Source of the DNA: an uncultured Nitrospirales bacterium
GTDB lineage: Bacteria; Hydrogenedentota; Hydrogenedentia; Hydrogenedentales; CAITNO01
Direction: 5' to 3'
DNA length: 33,308 nucleotides
Assembly: GCA_964580415.1 (NCBI GenBank)
Contig: CAZOMH010000001.1
Coordinates: 1 to 33,308 of the forward strand
Shown: positions 9,123 to 16,779 of the stretch, one piece after another
How the letters are laid out: each line of letters begins with the position of its first letter
Numbering within the stretch: the stretch's first letter is position 1
Program-made: the position numbers and the translations under genes
Notes under the pieces: generated by a model
What the model saw: the letters and a program-made list of their open reading frames with translations, nothing else
Database searches by the model: none
What the model was told of the DNA's origin: nothing

Positions 9123-9232
9123 CAAACCGTTTGCGGTGTGCATTCTCCCTTTTCAGCATCTGTACCTTTATGTGTTCTCTGTACTGCTATGCTCCAAAAT
9201 CGCCGCAAGACGCGGTGAATTTGTTCAATGTG

Positions 9233-9266
9233 GGGCAGACATTCCTGTCTGCCTTTCTGAATTTCT
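9233..9266 (+). terminator. Intrinsic-terminator-like hairpin with a T-rich tail on the plus strand, in a region with no plus-strand gene
   Basis: GGCAGACA-ttcc-TGTCTGCC (perfect 8-bp stem, 9233-9252) is followed by tttctgaatttctt. On the minus strand it lies about 35 nt after the esterase stop (9287), but there the T-tract is on the wrong side. Confidence 0.3.
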
Positions 9267-9286
9267 TGGTTGCGGCTCCGCCGCCC

Positions 9287-10090
9287 TCATTTGTGCCGCT
9301 GGCCAAGCAGCCACGCGATATTTTCAGGGTCCCCGTAGGTGCTGTCCCAGCAATTGTGCCCATCCTCCGGATACTCCGTGTGTTTCACATCGCCCCCGGC
9401 CTCCTTCACCTTCTCAACCATTTGCCGCGTGCGGACCGGTGGCACCACATCGTCCTTCCTGCCGTGGAAGGCCCAAATGGGGACGGTGGCCAGCTTGGGC
9501 AGCCGCTCCTGAACCGTTCCATACCGGTCCACATCCATTTCCACGCTGATCAGATGCTTCAGATCGCGCGGGTCGCCGCCGCCGCACACCGGCATGAGCG
9601 CGGCAAACACGTCCAGCTTGTTCGGCCCCCACAGCCAGGTGGCGTACCCCCCCATGGAAAGTCCCGTCAGCGAGATGCGCGCCGAATCAACCCGGTAATC
9701 CTTCCGCGTCGCCTCCATCATCTTCTCAATATCGTCGAACATGACATCCCAAAACCTGTCGGGGGGGCATTGCGGCATCAGCACCAGGCAGGGAAAGCGC
9801 TCCGGATTCTTGCGGATCGCATGCCCCATACCAACGTCGCTCTGAATCAGCCCGTCGCTGCCGCGTTCGCCCGCGCCGTGCAGAAACACCACCAGCGGCC
9901 ATTCCCGCGCCGCGTCATACCCGCGCGGCACATAAAGCACATAGCGCACCGTTGCGCCGTCCTTGACCAGCGTCTTGTCGATAAAACCTGTGGCGGTTAC
10001 GGTGTTCATGGCGGCATCCTCGGCGCCGGCCACGGCGCCCGTCAGACCCAGGGTAAGAACGGCAACGGTCATTGATTGAAACAAGCGCAC
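9287..10090 (-). CDS. Secreted alpha/beta-hydrolase (esterase / prolyl-oligopeptidase-type or phospholipase-carboxylesterase-type fold)
   Basis: Track ORF 9287..10348 trimmed. GTG at 10090 lies 8 nt after a perfect AGGAGG and gives the signal peptide (M)RLFQSMTVAVLTLGLTGAVAGA; the alternative ATG is at 10072. Supporting motifs: PLVVFLHGAGERG, nucleophile elbow GLSMGG, late FHGRKDDVV and DGHNCW. Confidence 0.8.
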   Translation of the reverse strand: MRLFQSMTVAVLTLGLTGAVAGAEDAAMNTVTATGFIDKTLVKDGATVRYVLYVPRGYDAAREWPLVVFLHGAGERGSDGLIQSDVGMGHAIRKNPERFPCLVLMPQCPPDRFWDVMFDDIEKMMEATRKDYRVDSARISLTGLSMGGYATWLWGPNKLDVFAALMPVCGGGDPRDLKHLISVEMDVDRYGTVQERLPKLATVPIWAFHGRKDDVVPPVRTRQMVEKVKEAGGDVKHTEYPEDGHNCWDSTYGDPENIAWLLGQRHK

Positions 10091-10169
10091 GGCGCATACC
10101 TCCTGTTGCGGGCAAGCCCGGGGCATTACGATACGGGGAAAGGGGGGCGGGTGTCCAGCGACGGGCTTC

Positions 10170-10324
10170 CGTACCGCAGGCGTCCCGCCTGCCTTGTGCT
10201 TCGTGCCGCAGGCGTCCCGCCTGCCTCGTGCTTCGCACCGCTGGCGTCCCGCCTGCCTTGCCCTCCGGCTCTTACACCACACCGGCACACATGAAGACAG
10301 AGCAGGCGTCCCGCCTGCGGTACG
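10170..10324. repeat. Array of four 17-nt palindromes (GCAGGCG-tcc-CGCCTGC) bounded by a 13-bp perfect inverted repeat
   Basis: Cores lie at 10176-10192, 10208-10224, 10240-10256 (one mismatch) and 10302-10318, giving spacings of 32, 32 and 62 bp. CGTACCGCAGGCG (10170-10182) is the exact reverse complement of 10312-10324. The array sits in the divergent region between the esterase and uvrC. Confidence 0.8.
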
Positions 10325-10382
10325 AATAGCACCGTCATATAATGGCACTCATAGCCGCTGTGCGTGTGTTATCCTCTTGGTT

Positions 10383-12296
10383 ATGCCTGACGAACCGGAA
10401 CAGCCCGAATCCGAAGTGCCCGAAACGCCCTCCGTGAGCCCGGCCGACGCGCCGACGCAGCCCGGCTGCTATCTCATGAAGGACGCCGGCGGACACATTC
10501 TTTACGTGGGCAAGGCGAAGAATCTGCGCGCGCGCATCCGCAGTTATTGCAACGAGACGGACACCCGCGCGAACGTGAAGTTTCTGATGCGGCGCGTGGC
10601 ATCCATCGAATACCTGGTGGTCGCCACGGACAAGGAGGCGCTGCTGCTGGAAAACAGCCTCATCAAGCAGCACAAACCCCGCTACAACGTGCGGCTCAAG
10701 GATGACAAGACCTACCTGAGCCTGCGCATCAACCCGCATGAGGATTTCCCGCGCATCACCATTGTGCGGCGCTTTCACCGCGACGGCGCGCGTTATTTCG
10801 GCCCCTACCACGACGCCACCGCGGCCCGCAAGACCCTGCGCCAAATCCAGCGGCTCTTTCCGCTCCGCACCTGTTCCGACGCCGTGCTGGCCAACCGGAC
10901 CCGCCCCTGCCTCTACCACCAGATGGGCCAGTGCCCCGCGCCATGCGCGGGCCTGATCGGCCGCGAAGCCTACCATGAGATCGCCGGGCAGGTAATGCTC
11001 GTGCTCGAGGGGCGCAGCGCGGACCTGGAAAAACGGCTGCTCGAAAAGATTCGCGCGCTCGCCGCCGAACTGCGCTTCGAGGAGGCCGCTGTCCTGCGCG
11101 ACCGGCTGCACGACCTCGGCAGCACGCTCGAACGCCAGCGGACCGTCACCACCGGATCGGTGGAGGACCGCGACGTGTTCGGCACGCATACCGAGGGACG
11201 CTTCACCGAACTTCAGGTGCTTTTCTACCGCGGCGGCAAACTGCTGGGCGGACGGTCGTGGTCCTTCGAGGCGCACGACATGCCGCCCGGCGAGGTCCTG
11301 GGTTCTTTCCTGCTGCAATACTACGACACGGCGCCCGTGGTTCCGCGCGAGGTAATCGTGCCGGTCGAGATGGACGAGGCGGAGGTGCTGGCCGCCCTGC
11401 TGTCGGAAAAACGCAACGCCAAAGTGGACATTCTCTTTCCACAGCGGGGCGAAAAACTCAAACTGGTCGAACTGGCCGCCCGCAATGCGGCCCGGAGCGC
11501 GGCCGAGAAGAAAATGGCCGACAGGGCCGCCGGCGACGCGCTGGAGCAAATCCAGAAAACGCTCCGCCTGCCGCGCCTGCCGGAACGCATCGAATGCTTT
11601 GACATTTCCACCACGCAGGGCTGCCAGACCGTGGCCTCCATGGCGGTGTTTGAGCACGGAGCCCCGGCGAAACAGCGCTACCGCAAATACGCCATGCGCA
11701 GCGTGGAAGGGCAGGACGACTTTGCCTCGCTGCGCGAGGCCCTCACGCGCCGGTACACGCGCGCCATTGCCGAAAACGATCTGCCCGACCTGGTCCTCAT
11801 CGACGGCGGGCGCGGACAACTGGCCGTTGTCAACGCCGTGCTGCGCGATCTGGGGCTGGACGACCTGCCCCATGCGTCCATCGCCAAATCGAGGGCCGAA
11901 GACGGCGGGGACCGCTCGCCGGAGCGGTTCTTTCTTCCGGGCCGCGTCAACCCCGTCATCCCGCCGCAGAACGGCCCCGTGGTGCGCGTGCTTGCGCGGC
12001 TGCGCGACGAGGCGCACCGTTTTGCTGTAACCTACCACCGCCGGAAACGGTCCAAGGCTATGCTGGCCGGCGCGCTGCCCGACGTGCCCGGTCTCGGTCC
12101 AAAACGGGCAAAAGCCCTGCTGGTTGCGCTGGGATCGGTCGCCCGCGTCCGCGCCGCGTCCGTTTCGGAAATAGCCGCCCTGCCGGGATTCAGTAAGAAA
12201 CTTGCACTGGTTATAGTGGAACATTTACAACAGTCAGGTTCTGTCAAGGCTTTAACAGGGGTTCCCGGCGGGGAACCCGGAGGAGAATCGACATGA
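10383..12296 (+). CDS. uvrC: Excinuclease ABC subunit C (UvrC)
   Basis: Track ORF 10194..12296 trimmed to ATG 10383; the upstream part is just a translation of the palindrome array. GIY-YIG module: GCYLMKDAGGHILYVGKAKNLRARIRSY. Also a UvrB-interacting/UVR region, an RNase H-like endonuclease part (ECFDISTTQG) and a C-terminal (HhH)2 (LPDVPGLGPKRAKALL). Confidence 0.95.
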   Translation: MPDEPEQPESEVPETPSVSPADAPTQPGCYLMKDAGGHILYVGKAKNLRARIRSYCNETDTRANVKFLMRRVASIEYLVVATDKEALLLENSLIKQHKPRYNVRLKDDKTYLSLRINPHEDFPRITIVRRFHRDGARYFGPYHDATAARKTLRQIQRLFPLRTCSDAVLANRTRPCLYHQMGQCPAPCAGLIGREAYHEIAGQVMLVLEGRSADLEKRLLEKIRALAAELRFEEAAVLRDRLHDLGSTLERQRTVTTGSVEDRDVFGTHTEGRFTELQVLFYRGGKLLGGRSWSFEAHDMPPGEVLGSFLLQYYDTAPVVPREVIVPVEMDEAEVLAALLSEKRNAKVDILFPQRGEKLKLVELAARNAARSAAEKKMADRAAGDALEQIQKTLRLPRLPERIECFDISTTQGCQTVASMAVFEHGAPAKQRYRKYAMRSVEGQDDFASLREALTRRYTRAIAENDLPDLVLIDGGRGQLAVVNAVLRDLGLDDLPHASIAKSRAEDGGDRSPERFFLPGRVNPVIPPQNGPVVRVLARLRDEAHRFAVTYHRRKRSKAMLAGALPDVPGLGPKRAKALLVALGSVARVRAASVSEIAALPGFSKKLALVIVEHLQQSGSVKALTGVPGGEPGGEST

Positions 12297-13726
12297 ATTG
12301 CTTGGGATTCCTGGTGCTTGTCGCGTTCATTATTGTGGCCCTGGCCGTGGCATGGTCGCGACTGCTCGCGGCACTCTACCCGGAGAAGGTCCGAACAAAC
12401 GAGGTGGCCTACATCACCACCTCCGACGGCTGGAAGCTGCGCCTGTGCCGTTACCGCAAGGAGCATTCCTCCGGGGAACCGGTGCTCCTGGTGCACGGGC
12501 TCAACGCCAACCAGAACAACTTCACCAGCCCGGCGGACGCCTGTCTGGTGGATTACCTGTCCGGGCAGGGCTACGACTGCTGGACCATCGACCTGCGCGG
12601 CACGCGCAGTTCGCAGCCGGCCGAAGGACAGGGACGCAGCACGGTCGAGGTGGAGGATTTTGTGTGGCGCGATCTGCCCGCCGCCATCGAGCACATCCAG
12701 AAAACCACCGGTTACGCCAAGCTTCACTATGTGGGGCACTCGCTGGGCGGACTGTTGCTGTATGCCTATGCGCAGGCCCTCGGCACCGACAAGATTGCCT
12801 CCGGCACCGCCCTCGGCGCGCCGACCCAGTTCACCGCCGCAAAGTTGTTCCTGCCGGGATGCCTCAAGTTTATGGCCCTTCACTGCCCGTGGCTTGCCGG
12901 AGAAATGCTGCGCTGCGCGCTGCCGTTCGCCAGGCTGGCCGGAATCGGCACCAGCGCCCTCCCGGTGAATATCGCCAACCTGCCCGCGTCCATGGACCTT
13001 GCCAGTATTTATCCCATTCTCGATGATCCCGCGCCGCGCGTGCATGCCCAGATTTTTGGATGGGGCGACAGCGGCGAGATCACACTGCGCGGGGACTCGC
13101 TCAACCTGAGCAAGGGTTTCGACGGCATGAAGTTCCCCCTGCTTGCCATCTTTGCCCCCCAAGACCCCTTCGTGCCGCTCGTGTCGGCGCGGGCCTTCTT
13201 TGCGGGCGTCGCCCACAGCGACAAACAAATGATCATTTGTTCCCGCGAAAACGGTTGCGCCGAGGATTACGGCCACTGCGACCTTGCCTTTGCCCGCGAG
13301 GGCGAGAAGGAGGTGTTTGAGCCGATCCTGCAATGGATGAAGGCGCATCCCGCCGCGGCTTCCAAGAAGACCGCCGTCGCGGAGGCTCCCGCCGCCGCCG
13401 CGCCTGCTCCCGCCGCCGCCGCAGTGCCGGAAGCAGCCAAAGAAGCGGTTGCCGTGAAAAGCGCCGCGGCGCCCAAGAAAGCCGCACCTGCAAAGGCCGC
13501 TGTCGCAAAGGCGGAAGCCGCGCCGGCAAAGGCTGCGGCGCCCAAGAAAGCCGCGGCGGTAAAGAAACCGGCCGCCGCCAAAACACCGGCAGCGGCGAAA
13601 CCCGCCGCCGCAAAGGCCGCCCCGGCCAAGCCGGCAGCGGCAAAGAAAACCGCGGCGGCCGCGCCGAAGAAGGCTCCCGCGGCAAAAGCCAAGCCGGCTC
13701 CGCGCAAACCCGACACGAAGGCATAA
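12293..13726 (+). CDS. Membrane-anchored alpha/beta-hydrolase with a C-terminal Ala/Lys/Pro-rich histone-H1/AlgP-like tail
   Basis: Track ORF. Its ATG overlaps the uvrC stop (ATGA, 12293-12296). It has an N-terminal TM helix (FLVLVAFIIVALAVAW), PVLLVHGLNANQ, and the nucleophile elbow GHSLGG. From about nt 13345 to the end, roughly 125 aa are almost only A, K and P (AAPKKAAPAKAAVAKAEAAPAKAAAPKKAAAVKKPAAAK...). Confidence 0.85.
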   Translation: MNCLGFLVLVAFIIVALAVAWSRLLAALYPEKVRTNEVAYITTSDGWKLRLCRYRKEHSSGEPVLLVHGLNANQNNFTSPADACLVDYLSGQGYDCWTIDLRGTRSSQPAEGQGRSTVEVEDFVWRDLPAAIEHIQKTTGYAKLHYVGHSLGGLLLYAYAQALGTDKIASGTALGAPTQFTAAKLFLPGCLKFMALHCPWLAGEMLRCALPFARLAGIGTSALPVNIANLPASMDLASIYPILDDPAPRVHAQIFGWGDSGEITLRGDSLNLSKGFDGMKFPLLAIFAPQDPFVPLVSARAFFAGVAHSDKQMIICSRENGCAEDYGHCDLAFAREGEKEVFEPILQWMKAHPAAASKKTAVAEAPAAAAPAPAAAAVPEAAKEAVAVKSAAAPKKAAPAKAAVAKAEAAPAKAAAPKKAAAVKKPAAAKTPAAAKPAAAKAAPAKPAAAKKTAAAAPKKAPAAKAKPAPRKPDTKA

Positions 13727-13746
13727 CCCCGTTTGGCGGCACATGA

Positions 13747-13790
13747 CGCGGGGACGGGCACCGTAGCCGTCCCCGCGTTGGTGTGTTTTA
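13747..13790 (+). terminator. Rho-independent terminator after the hydrolase gene
   Basis: Perfect 11-bp stem CGCGGGGACGG / CCGTCCCCGCG (13747-13757 and 13767-13777) with a 9-nt loop, followed by ttggtgtgtttta. Confidence 0.8.
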
Positions 13791-13845
13791 TCGCGGCAAG
13801 GGCGGACAGGCGGCCCGGACCATAACACACGGAGAAGAGCAGGAC

Positions 13846-14328
13846 ATGGAAGAGAATTACCGCCGCCCCACATGGGACGAGTATTTCATGGAGGTGGCCA
13901 ACGCCATCGCCAAACGCGCCACCTGCAACCGCGGCCGAAGCGGCTGCGTCATCGCCCGCGACCGCACGCTCCTGGTGACCGGCTATGTCGGTTCGCCCAA
14001 AGGCTTTCCGCACTGTGACGACATCGGCCACCAGATGAAGAAGACCGTGCATGAGGACGGCGCCGTTACGGAGCACTGCGTGCGCACGGTGCATGCCGAA
14101 CAGAACGCCATCTGCCAGGCCGCCCGGCTGGGCATCGGCATCGAGGGCGCCACGCTCTATTGCCGCATGACGCCCTGCCGTGTCTGCGCAATGCTGATCA
14201 TCAACTGCGGCGTCACGCGCGTCGTCTGCGAACGGCGCTACCATGCGGGCGCCGAGTCGGAGGAAATGTTCCGCGTGGCCGGTGTGGCCATCGAGTTTAT
14301 GCACGACGAGGTGCAACCCTATGAATAG
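13846..14328 (+). CDS. Deoxycytidylate (dCMP) deaminase, ComEB/CMP-dCMP deaminase zinc-binding family
   Basis: Track ORF 13783..14328 trimmed to ATG 13846, with GGAGAAGAGCAGGAC upstream. Supporting segments: PTWDEYFMEVANAIAKRATC, the zinc motifs HAEQNAI and PCRVCAMLI, and a size of about 160 aa. Confidence 0.9.
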   Translation: MEENYRRPTWDEYFMEVANAIAKRATCNRGRSGCVIARDRTLLVTGYVGSPKGFPHCDDIGHQMKKTVHEDGAVTEHCVRTVHAEQNAICQAARLGIGIEGATLYCRMTPCRVCAMLIINCGVTRVVCERRYHAGAESEEMFRVAGVAIEFMHDEVQPYE

Positions 14329-14352
14329 GCCCGCGCGGGGTGCCGCGCGCCC

Positions 14353-15582
14353 ATGAGCGCCCCCTTCGCGCCGCCGCGCGGTCCTGTCCGAAAACGGGCG
14401 TTGCTGATTGCGGCGGCGCTGCTGTTGCTGTGGCTCACCGCCATGGCCGTCTTGGGCCGGCAGACGTTAACCAACCTTGTCGTCGCCGGTCAACCGTTAC
14501 CGGCCGCAGCCGCCAATGTAGGACAGCCGCCCCCGGCTGTCGATCCCAACGCAGGACAGCCGCCCCCGGCTGCCGATCCCAATGTAGGACAGCCGCCCCC
14601 GGCTGCCGATCCCAATGTAGGACAGCCGCCCCCGGCTGTCAATCCCAATGGACAGCCGCCCCCCATACAGGTCTTTTTTGCCCCGCCCCAACCGGGCGAC
14701 CCCGATCCCATCGACCAGGCGCTGCTGGGCCTGCTCCAATCCGCACAGGTCTCCGTCGCATGCGCCTTTTACGAACTGGAACTGCCCGCCGCGGCCGACG
14801 CGCTGATCGCGCGGCACCAGGCCGGGGTGCGCGTGGGCATCGTGTCCGACAGCGACTACGCGGACCGGCCCGCCGTGCGCCGGTGCATCGAAGCGGGCAT
14901 TCCGGTGGTGTTCGACGAAAGACCGGCCTTCATGCACGACAAGTTCTGCGTGGTGGACGGGCGCTTCGTATGGACCGGCTCAACAAACATCACCGAAAAC
15001 TGCATGTACCGGAACAACAACAACTCGCTGCTCATCGACTCGGCCGAGCTGGCGAAAGATTATGCCGCCGAGTTCGGCGAGATGTTTGACACGCGCCGGT
15101 TCGGTCCCGGCTCGCCCGAGAACACGCCCTTTCCCGAAGTGACCCTTTCCGACGGCACCCGCGTGGAATGTTATTTCGCGCCCGAGGACGACGCCGGCAC
15201 GGCACTGGCCCGCTTTGCGGAATCGGCCCGCGAACGCATCGACTTCGCGGCCTTCTCCTTCACCTCGGCCGAACTCGCCGACGCCATGGCCGTCCGTATG
15301 CAGGCCGGCGTCCGGGTGCGCGGCGTCTTCGAAAAACGCGGCGCGAACGGAACCGCTTCCAAATTCAAGAAACTCGCCGGACTCGGCGCCGTGGTGCGCA
15401 CGGACAACAACCCCGCCAGCCTCCACGACAAATTCCTCGTTGTGGACAGCGCGTCGGTCGCCACCGGAAGCTTCAATTTCAGCCGCAATGCCGACGAACG
15501 CAACGACGAGAATCTGCTCATTGTCCACAACCCCGAAGTGGCCCGGAAATACGTCGGGGAAGTGGACCGGCTCATGAATTAA
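14353..15582 (+). CDS. Membrane-anchored phospholipase-D-superfamily protein with two HKD motifs
   Basis: Track ORF with an N-terminal anchor (ALLIAAALLLLWLTAMAVLG) and a Pro-rich repeat linker. The two HxK(x)4D motifs are MHDKFCVVDGRFVWTGSTNIT and LHDKFLVVDSASVATGSFNFS. Confidence 0.9.
   Translation: MSAPFAPPRGPVRKRALLIAAALLLLWLTAMAVLGRQTLTNLVVAGQPLPAAAANVGQPPPAVDPNAGQPPPAADPNVGQPPPAADPNVGQPPPAVNPNGQPPPIQVFFAPPQPGDPDPIDQALLGLLQSAQVSVACAFYELELPAAADALIARHQAGVRVGIVSDSDYADRPAVRRCIEAGIPVVFDERPAFMHDKFCVVDGRFVWTGSTNITENCMYRNNNNSLLIDSAELAKDYAAEFGEMFDTRRFGPGSPENTPFPEVTLSDGTRVECYFAPEDDAGTALARFAESARERIDFAAFSFTSAELADAMAVRMQAGVRVRGVFEKRGANGTASKFKKLAGLGAVVRTDNNPASLHDKFLVVDSASVATGSFNFSRNADERNDENLLIVHNPEVARKYVGEVDRLMN
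14514..14663 (+). repeat. Tandem 33-bp coding repeat, 4 full copies plus a partial one, encoding N(V/A)GQPPPA(A/V)(D/N)P
   Basis: aatgtaggacagccgcccccggctg(t/c)cgatccc repeats at 14514, 14547, 14580 and 14613, with a partial copy at 14646. It is in frame within the PLD-like gene. Confidence 0.9.
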
Positions 15583-15716
15583 CCTTGGCCGCAATCCGGG
15601 GCCAAATGCGGCTGCGGCACGCCGCACCATTCTGCGAAAGCATGTGAACGGATTCCCGCGCACCCGGTCTGTCTTGACAGCAAACCACGCGCGGCACAAT
15701 CCGCAGCCAATGCAAA

Positions 15717-15747
15717 GCCCCCCGCCATCCGGAAGGACCGGCGGGGG
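15717..15747 (-). terminator. GC-rich hairpin between convergent genes; possible terminator of the minus-strand sigma cluster
   Basis: CCCCCCGCC (15717-15725) pairs with GGCGGGGGG (15739-15747) around a 13-nt loop. On the minus strand it is followed by ctttgcattgg, only a weak U-tract. Confidence 0.35.
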
Positions 15748-15768
15748 GGCGTCAGATGTTGCCTTTAT

Positions 15769-16779
15769 TCACTTCACCTTGTATGCGAAGGAAAACTCGA
15801 ACGGTGTGCCGTCCCGGCGCACCGCCTTGTACAGCGCATACCTGGCCGTGTCGTCCCGGCACTCCTGATTGGGGCGCCCGTCAACGATGGAAGCGTCTTT
15901 GGGCATCTTGTATACGAAGGTGTAGCGGGCTTCCGGGGCGCCCCAGTTGGCCCGCATGCGGACCTTCCACGCATCCCCTTCCTTCTTGGCGAAACGGGCC
16001 AGCGTCAGGCGTTCACGGAGGGTGAAAATCTGTCCGGGCAGAATCTGTTCCGGCAAATGGACAGTGAACTGATAGCTCTTTCCGTCATTCACCAGGTGCG
16101 TTTCGACGGGCAATTCGCGTCCCTTGTCGTCGGTTATCTTGCCGGGATAAATGAGACCCTCCGGTCCCTCCTGGACGGCAAGGCGCTCGGCGTCGCAGTA
16201 GGTGGTGATTTCCGAGGTGGGGAACATGCCGCTCCAGGGAACTTTTATTTCCGAGACAGACTCCGCGGACTCGCTGTCGCCAAGCGTGATGAAGTTTTGA
16301 ATTTCCCCGGCGGGCGGCGGGGGGGGCGGCGGGAACCTGAGAGCCGCCTGCACCGAAACCACGGCCACGACGCACACAACCGCCAGCATCACCTTTCTTC
16401 CGGGAAATCCGGAAGGCTGGAGCACGTCCACAAGCGAATCGGAAGCTCCGGAGCCTGCTTCGAGGGAATCCCGGTCTATGTCTATGCGGAGCAGCTTCAT
16501 TTCCTTCAGCAGCAGCAGCACACGCGGGAGCAGCCACAGCCAAAGGCCCACAGACATCAGGCTCTGCAGAAAGAGGAGGCAGACGATGGCATAGAGCAGC
16601 CACTGCTGCGGATCCGTCTGAAGCTGCCAGCGCGCATACACGAATGCGCAGAGCACGGTCAGGGCCAGGTAAAGCAGCCACAGTTTAACCGCGCGAAACC
16701 GCATCTCGCGCCGAAAGTCGCCCGTGGCCCGGCGTCGAATGTCGGTTATTCGCTGTTTGTCCAATTCGGGACGGTTCAT
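15769..16779 (-). CDS. Multi-pass membrane protein with a C-terminal extracytoplasmic domain; putative cognate anti-sigma/partner of the upstream ECF sigma
   Basis: Track ORF. Its ATG overlaps the sigma gene stop (ATGA, 16776-16779). It has a basic cytoplasmic N-terminus, about 4 hydrophobic helices, a PPPPPPP linker and a C-terminal domain of about 170 aa. No HxxxCxxC zinc anti-sigma motif was seen. Confidence 0.75.
   Translation of the reverse strand: MNRPELDKQRITDIRRRATGDFRREMRFRAVKLWLLYLALTVLCAFVYARWQLQTDPQQWLLYAIVCLLFLQSLMSVGLWLWLLPRVLLLLKEMKLLRIDIDRDSLEAGSGASDSLVDVLQPSGFPGRKVMLAVVCVVAVVSVQAALRFPPPPPPPAGEIQNFITLGDSESAESVSEIKVPWSGMFPTSEITTYCDAERLAVQEGPEGLIYPGKITDDKGRELPVETHLVNDGKSYQFTVHLPEQILPGQIFTLRERLTLARFAKKEGDAWKVRMRANWGAPEARYTFVYKMPKDASIVDGRPNQECRDDTARYALYKAVRRDGTPFEFSFAYKVK

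Noticed and set aside
7886-10075. Plus-strand ORF of 729 aa spanning the DUF5107 gene, the intergenic gap and the esterase gene
   Set aside because: It crosses two well-supported minus-strand genes and a repeat-filled intergenic region. The translation is low complexity.
10170-10324. Possible CRISPR array
   Set aside because: The repeats are only 17 nt, the spacers about 15 nt and partly similar to each other, there are only four copies, and there are no cas genes. A palindromic REP/operator-type array fits better.
9287-10348. N-terminal extensions in the ORF track, here and at 10194 (uvrC), 21370 (sigma fusion), 21201 (glycoside hydrolase), 28931 (GH57), 31357 (ptsH), 28251 (hprK) and 13783 (deaminase)
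   Set aside because: The extensions read through intergenic repeats or upstream genes, have non-protein-like composition, and in each case an internal start with an SD and a family-typical N-terminus exists.
10335-14316. Minus-strand ORFs 10335..12224, 12032..13873 and 13267..14316
   Set aside because: They are antisense to uvrC, the hydrolase/AKP-tail gene and the dCMP deaminase gene. The Ala/Gly/Phe and Arg/Gly-rich runs are simply the reverse reading of the GC-rich AKP repeats.
14340-15089. Alternative-frame ORF of 249 aa overlapping the PLD gene
   Set aside because: Its repetitive RTAAPGCRSQ translation is just the 33-bp repeat read out of frame. The other frame carries two HKD motifs.
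13846-15582. dCMP deaminase plus PLD-family protein as a nucleotide-depletion/nuclease anti-phage pair
   Set aside because: The deaminase is a standard ~160-aa ComEB-type housekeeping enzyme in host-like G+C. The PLD protein has a membrane anchor and proline stalk suggestive of a periplasmic or outer-leaflet enzyme. No compositional anomaly or other defence genes lie nearby. Their adjacency alone is not evidence.
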